From Mycolicibacterium smegmatis (lineage in GTDB: Bacteria; Actinomycetota; Actinomycetes; Mycobacteriales; Mycobacteriaceae): a stretch of 32,000 nt of DNA. A program made the translations under genes and the position numbers. Of this stretch, positions 18,464-26,614 are shown one piece after another; positions within the stretch are counted from its first letter, which is position 1; each line of letters opens with the position of its first letter. The notes under the pieces were generated by a model. That model ran no database searches. It saw only the letters and a program-made list of their open reading frames with translations, and had not been told where the DNA came from. The stretch spans positions 4,140,001 to 4,172,000 of the forward strand of contig NZ_LN831039.1 in NCBI RefSeq assembly GCF_001457595.1, read 5' to 3'.

Positions 18464-19912
18464 CTACTCGCCCTCGGGATTGCTGTCGAGTGAGAACATC
18501 GCCAACGCGGTGAAGATGTTCATCCTCTTGGCGGGATCGTTGAGGAACTGCCCGGTGATGGACTCGATGCGGTTGATGCGCGCGCGCAACGTGTTCGGAT
18601 GGATGAACAACTTTCGGGCCGACTCGGTGATGTTGCAGTCGGTCGCACGCAGCGTGCGCAGGATCCGGCGTTGGTCGAGAGCGTCAGGGGTGTCGTCGGC
18701 GACCGATCCGAGCGTTTCGGTGACGAAACCGCGCCGGGCGTGTTCGGGCAGCTGGTAAAGGAGGCCGAGGATGCCGAGATCGCGATAGCGTGTCACGCGG
18801 TTGACGCCGCCCACACGTCGCCCGACGGCGACCGCCCGCTGGGCCTGTCGGAAAGCACCCGGATAACTGCGGGGTGCGGTCACCTCGTCGCTCGCTCCGA
18901 TGACCAATGGTGTGCGCACCGCCCGATACAGGCCACGCGACATGATGTCCAACCCGACCGCCGCGTTCACCATCATCACCACCGCACCCTCGTGCACGAT
19001 CGTGATCGCGTCACGGTCGGTGCGCCTCGCCAACGGCTCAAGATCGCTTCGCAGTTGCTGTATGCCCGCCATGGTCACGGCAACACCGAACGGCTCGATC
19101 ACCAGGCACACCAACGGATGCCGGGGAAACATCGACAGTCGGCGGGATCTGCGTAGGGTGGCTTCGCGCGCCACCAGGTCCTCACCGAGGATGGTCTTGA
19201 GATTGCGGGCTGCCTCGGCCGTGGTCTCGTCGTGTTCGGTGTCGCGCAACCGCAGGTGCAGGCGCATCACCGGAATCAGCAGCTCGACGAGTTCGGTCTC
19301 TTCCGGGGTCAGCGCGCTGTCCCGGCGTATCTCGAGCCATGCCGAGCGTCCCCCACTGACGACAGGAAACCCCGCGGTGCCCGCTCCGTTCGTCGGACGA
19401 TCGAGCAGTCGTACCGTCGCATCGAGCGCGCCGCCCAGTTCGTCGAGCAGACGGCTGAGGTCGTCCGCCGCGCCCAGCAGATCGGCCGGCACCGTGAAGC
19501 CCTTACGGGCAGCGCGGGTGGTGTGAGCCATCTGCATGAGCTTGTCGATCTGCGCTCGAACGTCATCAACCGGTGCGGCCTCCATCACCCACAACAGCGC
19601 CACGCCGTGGCGACGGGCGTGCGCAACCACCGGCCGGGGCGGGTTGACCGGCCGTGATGGGGTGATGACCACCGCGGCGGGGCGTTTGGCCAGCAACGGC
19701 TCAAGCGTCGTGAGCAGGTTCGGTAGCGGGCCGTTCGGGCGATGTGGCGCCCAGTCGAGGACCACCAGCGCGCCGTCGAGCGACGCTGCGTCGGAGGCGC
19801 GTTCGGCGTCCATCACGGATTGGACGGCCACGGTCGGATCGTACGGCGGTGCCGCGATCTGCGCTCCGATGGCCGCACCGATTTCGGCAAGCGTGGGACC
19901 CACACTTCCCAC
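18464..19912 (-). CDS. PucR/CdaR-type helix-turn-helix transcriptional regulator (start uncertain)
   Basis: C-terminal HTH LDQRRILRTLRATDCNITESARKLFIHPNTLRARINRIESITGQFLNDPAKRMNIFTALAMFSL. GTG at 19912 chosen because further upstream the frame overlaps the divergent oxygenase gene. Confidence 0.85.
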   Translation of the reverse strand: MGSVGPTLAEIGAAIGAQIAAPPYDPTVAVQSVMDAERASDAASLDGALVVLDWAPHRPNGPLPNLLTTLEPLLAKRPAAVVITPSRPVNPPRPVVAHARRHGVALLWVMEAAPVDDVRAQIDKLMQMAHTTRAARKGFTVPADLLGAADDLSRLLDELGGALDATVRLLDRPTNGAGTAGFPVVSGGRSAWLEIRRDSALTPEETELVELLIPVMRLHLRLRDTEHDETTAEAARNLKTILGEDLVAREATLRRSRRLSMFPRHPLVCLVIEPFGVAVTMAGIQQLRSDLEPLARRTDRDAITIVHEGAVVMMVNAAVGLDIMSRGLYRAVRTPLVIGASDEVTAPRSYPGAFRQAQRAVAVGRRVGGVNRVTRYRDLGILGLLYQLPEHARRGFVTETLGSVADDTPDALDQRRILRTLRATDCNITESARKLFIHPNTLRARINRIESITGQFLNDPAKRMNIFTALAMFSLDSNPEGE

Positions 19913-19960
19913 ACCGTGTTCGGGTGCACCTGTGTGCTGCACTTGAGGCAGAGTAACGGT

Positions 19961-20950
19961 GTGTTGTCCATTCCGCCGGTCGACCTCATTGAAGCTGCCG
20001 CAGACCCGGCCTCGCGTCGGCGACAGTTCGAGCTCCTGGATGCCGCATTCTCCGAGGTCGGGTACGTCCACGTCGTCGGCCATCGGATCCCGTCTTCGGT
20101 GTTCACCGAGCTCTACGCCGTCACGCGGCGCTTCTTCGGTCTCCCGGCGGAGGAGAAGAGCAAGGTAGCGCAGCCGACACCTGAGCAGGTGCGCGGATGG
20201 TCCGGGGCCGGCTCGGAGGGTATGGCCTATTCCCTGGGGGAAGAAACGCACGCCGACCTCAAGGAGAAGATGGACATCGGCCCTGTGACGGGGCCCACCA
20301 TCGGGCAACCGGGCGCCGGGCCGATGGCATACCTGAACCTGTGGCCGGAGCTGCCGGAGTTCCGGACGGCGTGGGAGTGCTACTACCAGCACATGCAACG
20401 GGTGGGCGCCGAACTGCTGGCCTTGGCCGCCGAGGGATTCGGACTGAGCCGGCAGCATTTCGTGCCGTTGTTCGACGCCGAGTTGAGCATGCTTCGCGCA
20501 CTGCACTTTCCGCCGCAGCCCGAGCCGCCCCTACCCCATCAATTCCGTGCCGGTATTCACACCGACTACGGCGCCTTCACCGTGGTCTCCGCCGAATCGA
20601 CACCAGGAGGGTTGCAGGTCCTCGAGGCTGACGGTGAGTGGTTGGAGGTGAACACCACCCCGGCCACGCTGGTGGTGCTGGTCGGGGATCTGCTCGCGGA
20701 GTGGACGGGAAATCACTGGCCGGCGACGTTGCACCGCACGGCCAATCCTCCGCGGTCGGTGGCGTTCGAGAACTCAAGGCTGGCGTTCGCGTTCTACCAG
20801 CATCCGAACTGGGATGTCGAGGTTGCGGAGTTGTCACCGTTCGCCGGTGGTGCGGCCCACGCGACGGACGACGCGCTGGTCTCCGGCAGGCACCTGGCCG
20901 AGAAGTACGTCAGGCAGACGACGTTCGGGACCTCGGATCCCACCGTCTGA
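19961..20950 (+). CDS. 2-oxoglutarate/Fe(II)-dependent oxygenase, isopenicillin N synthase family
   Basis: VLSIPPVDLIEAAAD..., FFGLPAEEKSKVAQP, metal ligands HTD in FRAGIHTDYGAFTVVS and LHRTANP, then SRLAFAFYQHPN. Confidence 0.9.
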   Translation: MLSIPPVDLIEAAADPASRRRQFELLDAAFSEVGYVHVVGHRIPSSVFTELYAVTRRFFGLPAEEKSKVAQPTPEQVRGWSGAGSEGMAYSLGEETHADLKEKMDIGPVTGPTIGQPGAGPMAYLNLWPELPEFRTAWECYYQHMQRVGAELLALAAEGFGLSRQHFVPLFDAELSMLRALHFPPQPEPPLPHQFRAGIHTDYGAFTVVSAESTPGGLQVLEADGEWLEVNTTPATLVVLVGDLLAEWTGNHWPATLHRTANPPRSVAFENSRLAFAFYQHPNWDVEVAELSPFAGGAAHATDDALVSGRHLAEKYVRQTTFGTSDPTV

Positions 20951-21005
20951 CCGGCGACCCGTGTAAACCGCAGCTTTCGGTATGCGACATCCGTGTGATC
21001 GTCTG

Positions 21006-21028
21006 TTACATACAGGTTTCCGATGTAA
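21006..21028. promoter_or_regulatory. Inverted repeat TTACAT-N11-ATGTAA (candidate operator)
   Basis: 6-bp perfect arms in the intergenic gap upstream of the second 2OG oxygenase. Confidence 0.3.
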
Positions 21029-21133
21029 GGCGGTGACAGGCTCACCTTTGATCTGGCGGTGATCGCTGCTCTTGTCGGCACGTGTTCTGCGCCGAAAACT
21101 CGTCGTATCCGCTATGAGACGAGGAGCCAACAC

Positions 21134-22147
21134 GTGTCCCAGGACAATTCGGTAGTACCTGTCATCGACATCGCCGCTCTGCACGGCGACGACGAGGCCG
21201 CCATGATTGCGGTCGCCGCAGAACTCGATGCGGCATGTCGGGAGATCGGTTTCTTCCAGATCCGCAACCACGGCATCTCCGAGGACGTGATCGAGGCGAT
21301 GTACCGCACCGCCGACGAGTTCTTCGCATTGCCAGACGAAGAGAAACGCCTCGTCGCACAACCGAGTTCAGATGCGGTACGCGGCTACTCGTCGATCGGC
21401 GAGCAGGCGTTCTCCTACAGCGAGGACGTGCACCAACCGCGGGACCTGCATGAGAAGTTCGACATCGGACCTGTCGACGTCGACCGCGACGACCCTTACT
21501 ACGCCCCTGAGAACGCCGGACCGCACTTCCTGCCCAACCTGTGGCCACAACGGCCCGCCGGCATGGAGGCAGCTTGGACCACCTATTTCCACGCCATGAA
21601 CGACCTCGCCCGAAAATTGATGAGCGCGTTCGCCCTCGGGTTGAGGTTGCCCGCCGACTACTTCGTCGACACCATCGACCGCGACATCAGCATGCTGCGG
21701 GCGATCAATTACCCGCACCTGAACACCCCGCCTCAGCCGGGACAGATGCGCGCGGGTTCGCACACCGATTACGGCAGTCTGACCATCGTGCGTCAGGAAG
21801 CCGCGCCCGGCGGTCTGGAGGTGTTCACCAAGGACGGCGACTGGATATCGGTACCCGTGGTGCCCGACGCCCTCGTGGTGAACATCGGCGATCTGATGGC
21901 GCAGTGGACCAACGACCTGTGGACCTCGACGCGCCACCGTGTGCGCACCCCCGGTCCTGATGCGTCGGGAGACACCCGTCGCATGTCGCTCGTCTTCTTC
22001 CACCAACCCAACTACGACGCCGTCATCGAGACCCTGCCGACGTGTATCACGGCTGACAACCCGCGCCGCTACGATCCCATCACCTCGGGTGATCACCTCA
22101 CCTCGAAGTTCGAGAAGACCATCGCCCTCGCCTCGACAAATGGTTGA
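21134..22147 (+). CDS. 2-oxoglutarate/Fe(II)-dependent oxygenase, isopenicillin N synthase family (second copy)
   Basis: VPVIDIAALHG, MRAGSHTDYGSLTIV, TSTRHRVRTP, RRMSLVFFHQPN (RxS motif present). GTG 21134 preceded by GAGGAG. Confidence 0.92.
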   Translation: MSQDNSVVPVIDIAALHGDDEAAMIAVAAELDAACREIGFFQIRNHGISEDVIEAMYRTADEFFALPDEEKRLVAQPSSDAVRGYSSIGEQAFSYSEDVHQPRDLHEKFDIGPVDVDRDDPYYAPENAGPHFLPNLWPQRPAGMEAAWTTYFHAMNDLARKLMSAFALGLRLPADYFVDTIDRDISMLRAINYPHLNTPPQPGQMRAGSHTDYGSLTIVRQEAAPGGLEVFTKDGDWISVPVVPDALVVNIGDLMAQWTNDLWTSTRHRVRTPGPDASGDTRRMSLVFFHQPNYDAVIETLPTCITADNPRRYDPITSGDHLTSKFEKTIALASTNG

Positions 22148-22412
22148 GAGCTTCGAGATCGAACTGCGCCGCTCCGGCCGGGTGGTGACCGTTCCGTCTG
22201 ACCGCACCGCCCTCTCGGCGGTTCGTGACGTGCTGTCGACCGCCGAATTCGACTGTCTGCGCGGCGAATGCGGCGCCTGTGTGGCGAAAGTCCTGGAGGG
22301 CATACCCGACCACAGGGACACCGTGCTCTCCGAGCGTGCCAGGCAGGCAGGCAAACGAATCATTCTGTGCGTCAGCCGTTCCGCCACGCCGCGGCTCGTG
22401 CTCGACCTCTGA
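22140..22412 (+). CDS. Plant/PDR-type [2Fe-2S] ferredoxin domain protein, stand-alone
   Basis: MVESFEIELRRSG...FDCLRGECGACVAKVLEGIPDHRDTVLSERARQAGKRIILCVSRS: CX4CX2C plus a distal C. Confidence 0.85.
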   Translation: MVESFEIELRRSGRVVTVPSDRTALSAVRDVLSTAEFDCLRGECGACVAKVLEGIPDHRDTVLSERARQAGKRIILCVSRSATPRLVLDL

Positions 22413-22421
22413 CGAAAGGCT

Positions 22422-22838
22422 GTGCCCGTGACACCGACCCTGTCGTTCGCGAGTGTGTTCGCTTCCGACATCGAGAAGCTGAGCACGTTCTACGCAGACC
22501 TGCTCGGCCTGCCCGAGGTTACCGAATTGCGCTCCGAGCATTTCCGTGGGCTGCGGATCGGTCCGACCATACTCGGATTCAGTGCGCCGAGTGCCTACGC
22601 CATGCTGAACCTGACGGCACCCGGAGAGGGCGCCGAAGGAGTGGACACCTTCCTCACATTCGAGATGCCGGACGCCGCCACGGTGGACTCCACCACCGCG
22701 GCGGCGGTCGCCGCGGGCGCACGCTGCGTGCGCGAACCAGGCCGGACATATTACGGCGCCTGGCAGTCGGTGCTCCTCGACCCAGAGGGAAATGCATTCC
22801 GCCTCAACTATCTTCCCCTCGAATCCGCTCAGCACTAA
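22422..22838 (+). CDS. VOC/glyoxalase-bleomycin-resistance family protein
   Basis: FASVFASDIEKLSTFYADLLGLPEV...SVLLDPEGNAFRLNYL. Confidence 0.8.
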   Translation: MPVTPTLSFASVFASDIEKLSTFYADLLGLPEVTELRSEHFRGLRIGPTILGFSAPSAYAMLNLTAPGEGAEGVDTFLTFEMPDAATVDSTTAAAVAAGARCVREPGRTYYGAWQSVLLDPEGNAFRLNYLPLESAQH

Positions 22839-22847
22839 GGATCCCTC

Positions 22848-24158
22848 ATGTCCATCTTCGACTGGCAAGTCAAAAGCGGTGATTCCGTAGTCGCCCCGCA
22901 CGAGCGGCTGAGTTGGCCGCGCACAACGGGAATCGGCCTGCAGCATGTGGTCGCCATGTTCGGTGCGACCTTCCTGGTGCCGGTTCTCACCGGTTTCCCG
23001 CCGGCCACCACACTGTTGTTTTCGGGTCTCGGCACGATCCTCTTCCTGATCATCACGCAGAACCGCTTGCCCAGCTATCTGGGGTCGAGCTTCGCGATCA
23101 TCGCGCCCACCATCGCCGCGTCGACGTCGCACGGCCCATCAGGTGCGCTCGGTGGCATCGTCATCGTGGGCGCACTGCTCATCCTCATCGGCGCCGTGGT
23201 GCACTTCGCCGGTATCGGCTGGATCGAATCGTTGATGCCGCCGGTGGTGACCGGATCGATCGTGGCGCTCGTCGGGTTCAACCTGGCCCCAGCCGCCAAG
23301 GCCAACTTCGAAGAAGACGCTGTCACCGCCGCGGTCGTGCTGGTGCTCTTGCTGTTGTCACTGGTGGTGTTTCGGGGTCTGCTCGGACGGTTGGCGATCT
23401 TCACCAGCGTGGTGATCGGTTACTTCGTGGCACTGGCCCGCGGCAAGGTCGACACCAGCGCTATCGGCGCCGCGGACTGGGTCGGTCTGCCCGAGTTCAC
23501 CACCCCCACCTTCCATCTGTCGGTGCTGCCGATGTTCATCCCGGTGGTGATGGTGCTGGTCGTCGAGAACATCGGCCACGTCAAGTCGATCACGGCGATG
23601 ACCGGCATCGACAACAACAGCCGAGTGGGTCGCGCGCTGGCCGCCGACGGACTGGCGACGGTTCTGGCAGGTAGCGGCGGCGGTTCGGCCACCACCACGT
23701 ATGCCGAGAACATCGGCGTGATGGCCGCGACCAAGGTGTACTCGACCGCGGCCTACTGGATCGCGGGCCTGGCGGCGATCCTGCTCGGCCTCTCCCCCAA
23801 GGTTGGCGCAGTGATTGCCTCCATCCCACCCGGTGTCCTCGGTGGTGTCACCGTCGCGCTCTACGGCCTGGTCGGGATCCTCGGCGTGCACATCTGGGTG
23901 ACCAACAAGGTCGACTTCTCCAAGCCCATCAACCAGTTCACCGCCGCCATCGCCCTGGTGATCGGAATCGCCGACTTCACCTGGAAGATGGGCGATCTCG
24001 CCTTCGGCGGTATCGCGCTGGGCGCGATCGGCGCGGTGGTCGTCTACCACGTGATGCGGATGATCGGGCAGTGGCGCGGCACCGTGATCATCGATGGTCC
24101 GGCGTCTGATGACGCGGCAGCGCAAGATCTCACGGCGGGTCAGAAGGTGGCGCTCTGA
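22848..24158 (+). CDS. NCS2 family nucleobase (uracil/xanthine) permease
   Basis: ERLSWPRTTGIGLQHVVAMFGATFLVPVLTGFPPATTLLFSGLGTILFLIITQNRLPSYLGSSFAIIAP; GIG...MFTS-like C-terminal TM pattern. Confidence 0.93.
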   Translation: MSIFDWQVKSGDSVVAPHERLSWPRTTGIGLQHVVAMFGATFLVPVLTGFPPATTLLFSGLGTILFLIITQNRLPSYLGSSFAIIAPTIAASTSHGPSGALGGIVIVGALLILIGAVVHFAGIGWIESLMPPVVTGSIVALVGFNLAPAAKANFEEDAVTAAVVLVLLLLSLVVFRGLLGRLAIFTSVVIGYFVALARGKVDTSAIGAADWVGLPEFTTPTFHLSVLPMFIPVVMVLVVENIGHVKSITAMTGIDNNSRVGRALAADGLATVLAGSGGGSATTTYAENIGVMAATKVYSTAAYWIAGLAAILLGLSPKVGAVIASIPPGVLGGVTVALYGLVGILGVHIWVTNKVDFSKPINQFTAAIALVIGIADFTWKMGDLAFGGIALGAIGAVVVYHVMRMIGQWRGTVIIDGPASDDAAAQDLTAGQKVAL

Positions 24159-25579
24159 TGGTTACCACCCTGATCCGGGGCGGCACCGTGGTTTCGGCGA
24201 CGGGGCGCCAGTCGATCGACGTGCTGATCGACGGGGCCACCATCGCGGCCCTGATCGAGCCCGGTGCCGCGCCGTTCGGTGATGGGCTCGCCGAACGTGT
24301 CGACAACGTCGTCGACGCCACCGGCAAGTACGTGATCCCCGGCGGCGTTGACGCCCACACCCACATGCAGATGCCGTTCGGTGGCACCACCGCGTCGGAC
24401 ACGTTCGAAACCGGCACGCGCGCAGCCGCACTGGGCGGCACCACCACCATCGTCGATTTCGCGATCCAGACCCCAGGCGAACATGTTCAGGACACTCTGC
24501 AGGCGTGGCACGAGAAAGCGGCAGGGAACTGCGCGATCGATTACGGATTCCACCAGATCATCGGTGACGTCAACACCGAATCACTCGCGGCGATGGGCGA
24601 GCTGATCGACGAAGGGGTCACGAGCTTCAAGCTGTTCATGGCTTACCCGGGCGTCTACTACTCCACCGACGGGCAGATCTTGCGGGCGATGCAGAAGTGC
24701 GCGGAGATCGGCGGGCTGATGATGATGCACGCCGAGAACGGCATCGCGATCGACGAGTTGGTGGCTCAGCACCTGGGTCGCGGCGAGACGGGCCCCTACT
24801 TCCACGGGGTCTCGCGGCCCTGGCAGCTCGAGGAGGAGGCCACTCACCGGGCAATCATGCTCGCCGACGTGACCGGTGCGCCGTTGTACGTCGTCCATGT
24901 TTCGGCACACCAGGCACTCGAACAGATCGCCACCGCGCGGGGCGCCGGCGGGAATGTGTTCGCCGAGACCTGCCCGCAATACCTGTACCTGTCGTTGGAG
25001 GAACAGCTCGGCGCCGGAGGTTTCGAGGGCGCCAAGTGGGTGTGCTCCACACCGTTGCGTGCCCGCTCCGAAGGCCACCAGGACCAGTTGTGGCGCTATA
25101 TCCGCACCGGCGACGTCGCGGGTGTGGCCACCGACCACTGCCCGTTCTGCATGGTCGGCCAGAAGGAACTGGGTATCGGCAATTTCTCGAAAATCCCCAA
25201 CGGCATCGGCGGTGTCGAGCACCGCATGGATCTGATGTTCCAAGGTGTCGTCGACGGGCGAATCAGCCTCGAACGGTGGGTGGAGGTCTGCGCGACCACC
25301 CCGGCGCGCATGTTCGGCCTGTACCCCCGCAAAGGTGTCATCTCGCCAGGGGCCGACGCTGACGTGGTGATCTACGACCCCGCCGGGCACACCAGTATCG
25401 GCGTCGGCAAGACCCACCACATGAACATGGACCACTCGGCCTGGGAGGGCTTCGAGATAGACGGCGCCGTGACGGCCGTGTGGTCGCGCGGAAAGAAGGT
25501 CGTCGAGGACAGGCGCTACCTGGGAGCCAAGACCGACGGTCGATTCGTGCGCCGCGAACTTTCCCAGAATCTCATCTGA
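24158..25579 (+). CDS. D-hydantoinase / dihydropyrimidinase (second copy)
   Basis: GKYVIPGGVDAHTHMQMPFGG, TSFKLFMAYPGVYYSTDGQ, MMHAENG, VHVSAHQ, ATDHCPF; overlaps the permease stop. Confidence 0.93.
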   Translation: MVTTLIRGGTVVSATGRQSIDVLIDGATIAALIEPGAAPFGDGLAERVDNVVDATGKYVIPGGVDAHTHMQMPFGGTTASDTFETGTRAAALGGTTTIVDFAIQTPGEHVQDTLQAWHEKAAGNCAIDYGFHQIIGDVNTESLAAMGELIDEGVTSFKLFMAYPGVYYSTDGQILRAMQKCAEIGGLMMMHAENGIAIDELVAQHLGRGETGPYFHGVSRPWQLEEEATHRAIMLADVTGAPLYVVHVSAHQALEQIATARGAGGNVFAETCPQYLYLSLEEQLGAGGFEGAKWVCSTPLRARSEGHQDQLWRYIRTGDVAGVATDHCPFCMVGQKELGIGNFSKIPNGIGGVEHRMDLMFQGVVDGRISLERWVEVCATTPARMFGLYPRKGVISPGADADVVIYDPAGHTSIGVGKTHHMNMDHSAWEGFEIDGAVTAVWSRGKKVVEDRRYLGAKTDGRFVRRELSQNLI

Positions 25580-25594
25580 AGAGGAGAACAATCG

Positions 25595-26614
25595 ATGGAT
25601 TTCGGCGTTGTGCTGCAATGCAATCCACCAGCATCCCGGGTCGTGTCGCTGGCTGCGGAGGCTGAGGACCGTGGCTTTTCGCACGTGTGGACCTTTGATT
25701 CGCACGTGTTGTGGCAGGAGCCGTACGTCATCTACAGCCAGATCCTCGCCGCCACCCGCAACGTGATCGTCGGGCCGATGGTCACCAACCCGTTGACCCG
25801 GGACGACACCGTCACGGCGTCGACGTTCGCGACGCTGAACTCGATGTTCGGCAACCGCACCGTATGCGGCATCGGGCGCGGGGATTCGGCGGTTCGGGTG
25901 ATCTCCGGCAAACCCTCTACCGTCACCCATCTACGGGAGAGCATCGAGGTGATCCGGGCGCTGGGCAACGGCGGCAGCGCCACGATCAACGGGGCGACCG
26001 TGCAGTTCCCATGGGCAGCCCGGTCGAGATTGCCGGTATACGGAGCCGGCTACGGGCCGAAGGTGCTCGACCTGATCGGCAGGCACGCCGACGGTTTCAT
26101 ACTCCAACTCGCCGATCCCGCAATCGTCCAATGGACAGTGGGACGCGTACGAAAGGCAGCGGAGCAGGCGGGCCGCGATCCCCGTGATGTGACGATCGTG
26201 GTGGCCTCACCGGCCTACGTCGGCGACAACCTGGCCCACCAGCGCGACCAATGCCGATGGTTCGGCGGAATGGTGGGCAACCATGTGGCCGATCTGGTCG
26301 ACCGCTACGGCGGTGACGGTACACAGGTGCCGGCGGCGTTGACCGATTACATCCGCGACCGGCAAGGTTATGACTACAACGAACACGGCCGCGCGGGCAA
26401 CGCCCACACCGAGTTCGTGCCCGACGAGATCGTGGACCGATTCTGTGTGCTCGGCCCGGCCGAGGACCACGTGCGGCGGCTGCGTGAGCTCGCCGACCTC
26501 GGAGTCGACCAGTTCGCAGTGTATCTACAGCACGACGGAAAGGACGAGACATTGGCTCAGTACGGCGAGGCCGTCATTCCGGCGCTCCAGCCCACCGTGG
26601 CGGCTCGCTCATGA
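25595..26614 (+). CDS. LLM-class flavin/F420-dependent oxidoreductase
   Basis: VSLAAEAEDRGFSHVWTFDSHVLWQEPYVIYSQILAATRNVIVGPMVTNPLTRDDTVTASTFATLNSMFGNRTVCGIGRGDSAVR; AGYGPKVLDLIGRHADGFILQ. Confidence 0.88.
   Translation: MDFGVVLQCNPPASRVVSLAAEAEDRGFSHVWTFDSHVLWQEPYVIYSQILAATRNVIVGPMVTNPLTRDDTVTASTFATLNSMFGNRTVCGIGRGDSAVRVISGKPSTVTHLRESIEVIRALGNGGSATINGATVQFPWAARSRLPVYGAGYGPKVLDLIGRHADGFILQLADPAIVQWTVGRVRKAAEQAGRDPRDVTIVVASPAYVGDNLAHQRDQCRWFGGMVGNHVADLVDRYGGDGTQVPAALTDYIRDRQGYDYNEHGRAGNAHTEFVPDEIVDRFCVLGPAEDHVRRLRELADLGVDQFAVYLQHDGKDETLAQYGEAVIPALQPTVAARS

Noticed and set aside
19913-20506. N-terminal extension of the 18464-20506 - strand ORF
   Set aside because: Antisense to the first 2OG oxygenase. 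Regulator homology begins at about 19912.
22098-23132. 344-aa - strand ORF
   Set aside because: Antisense to ferredoxin, VOC and NCS2 genes, all with recognisable motifs.
8069-24431. Similar short peptides in ORFs 8069..9757 + and 24162..24450 - (VPPxAAARVPVSNVSDA...VWASTPPG)
   Set aside because: Not a dispersed repeat or novel peptide family. These are antisense translations of the conserved GGVDAHTHM region of the two paralogous hydantoinases.
24581-25930. 449-aa - strand ORF
   Set aside because: Antisense to the second hydantoinase and LLM start; shadow ORF.
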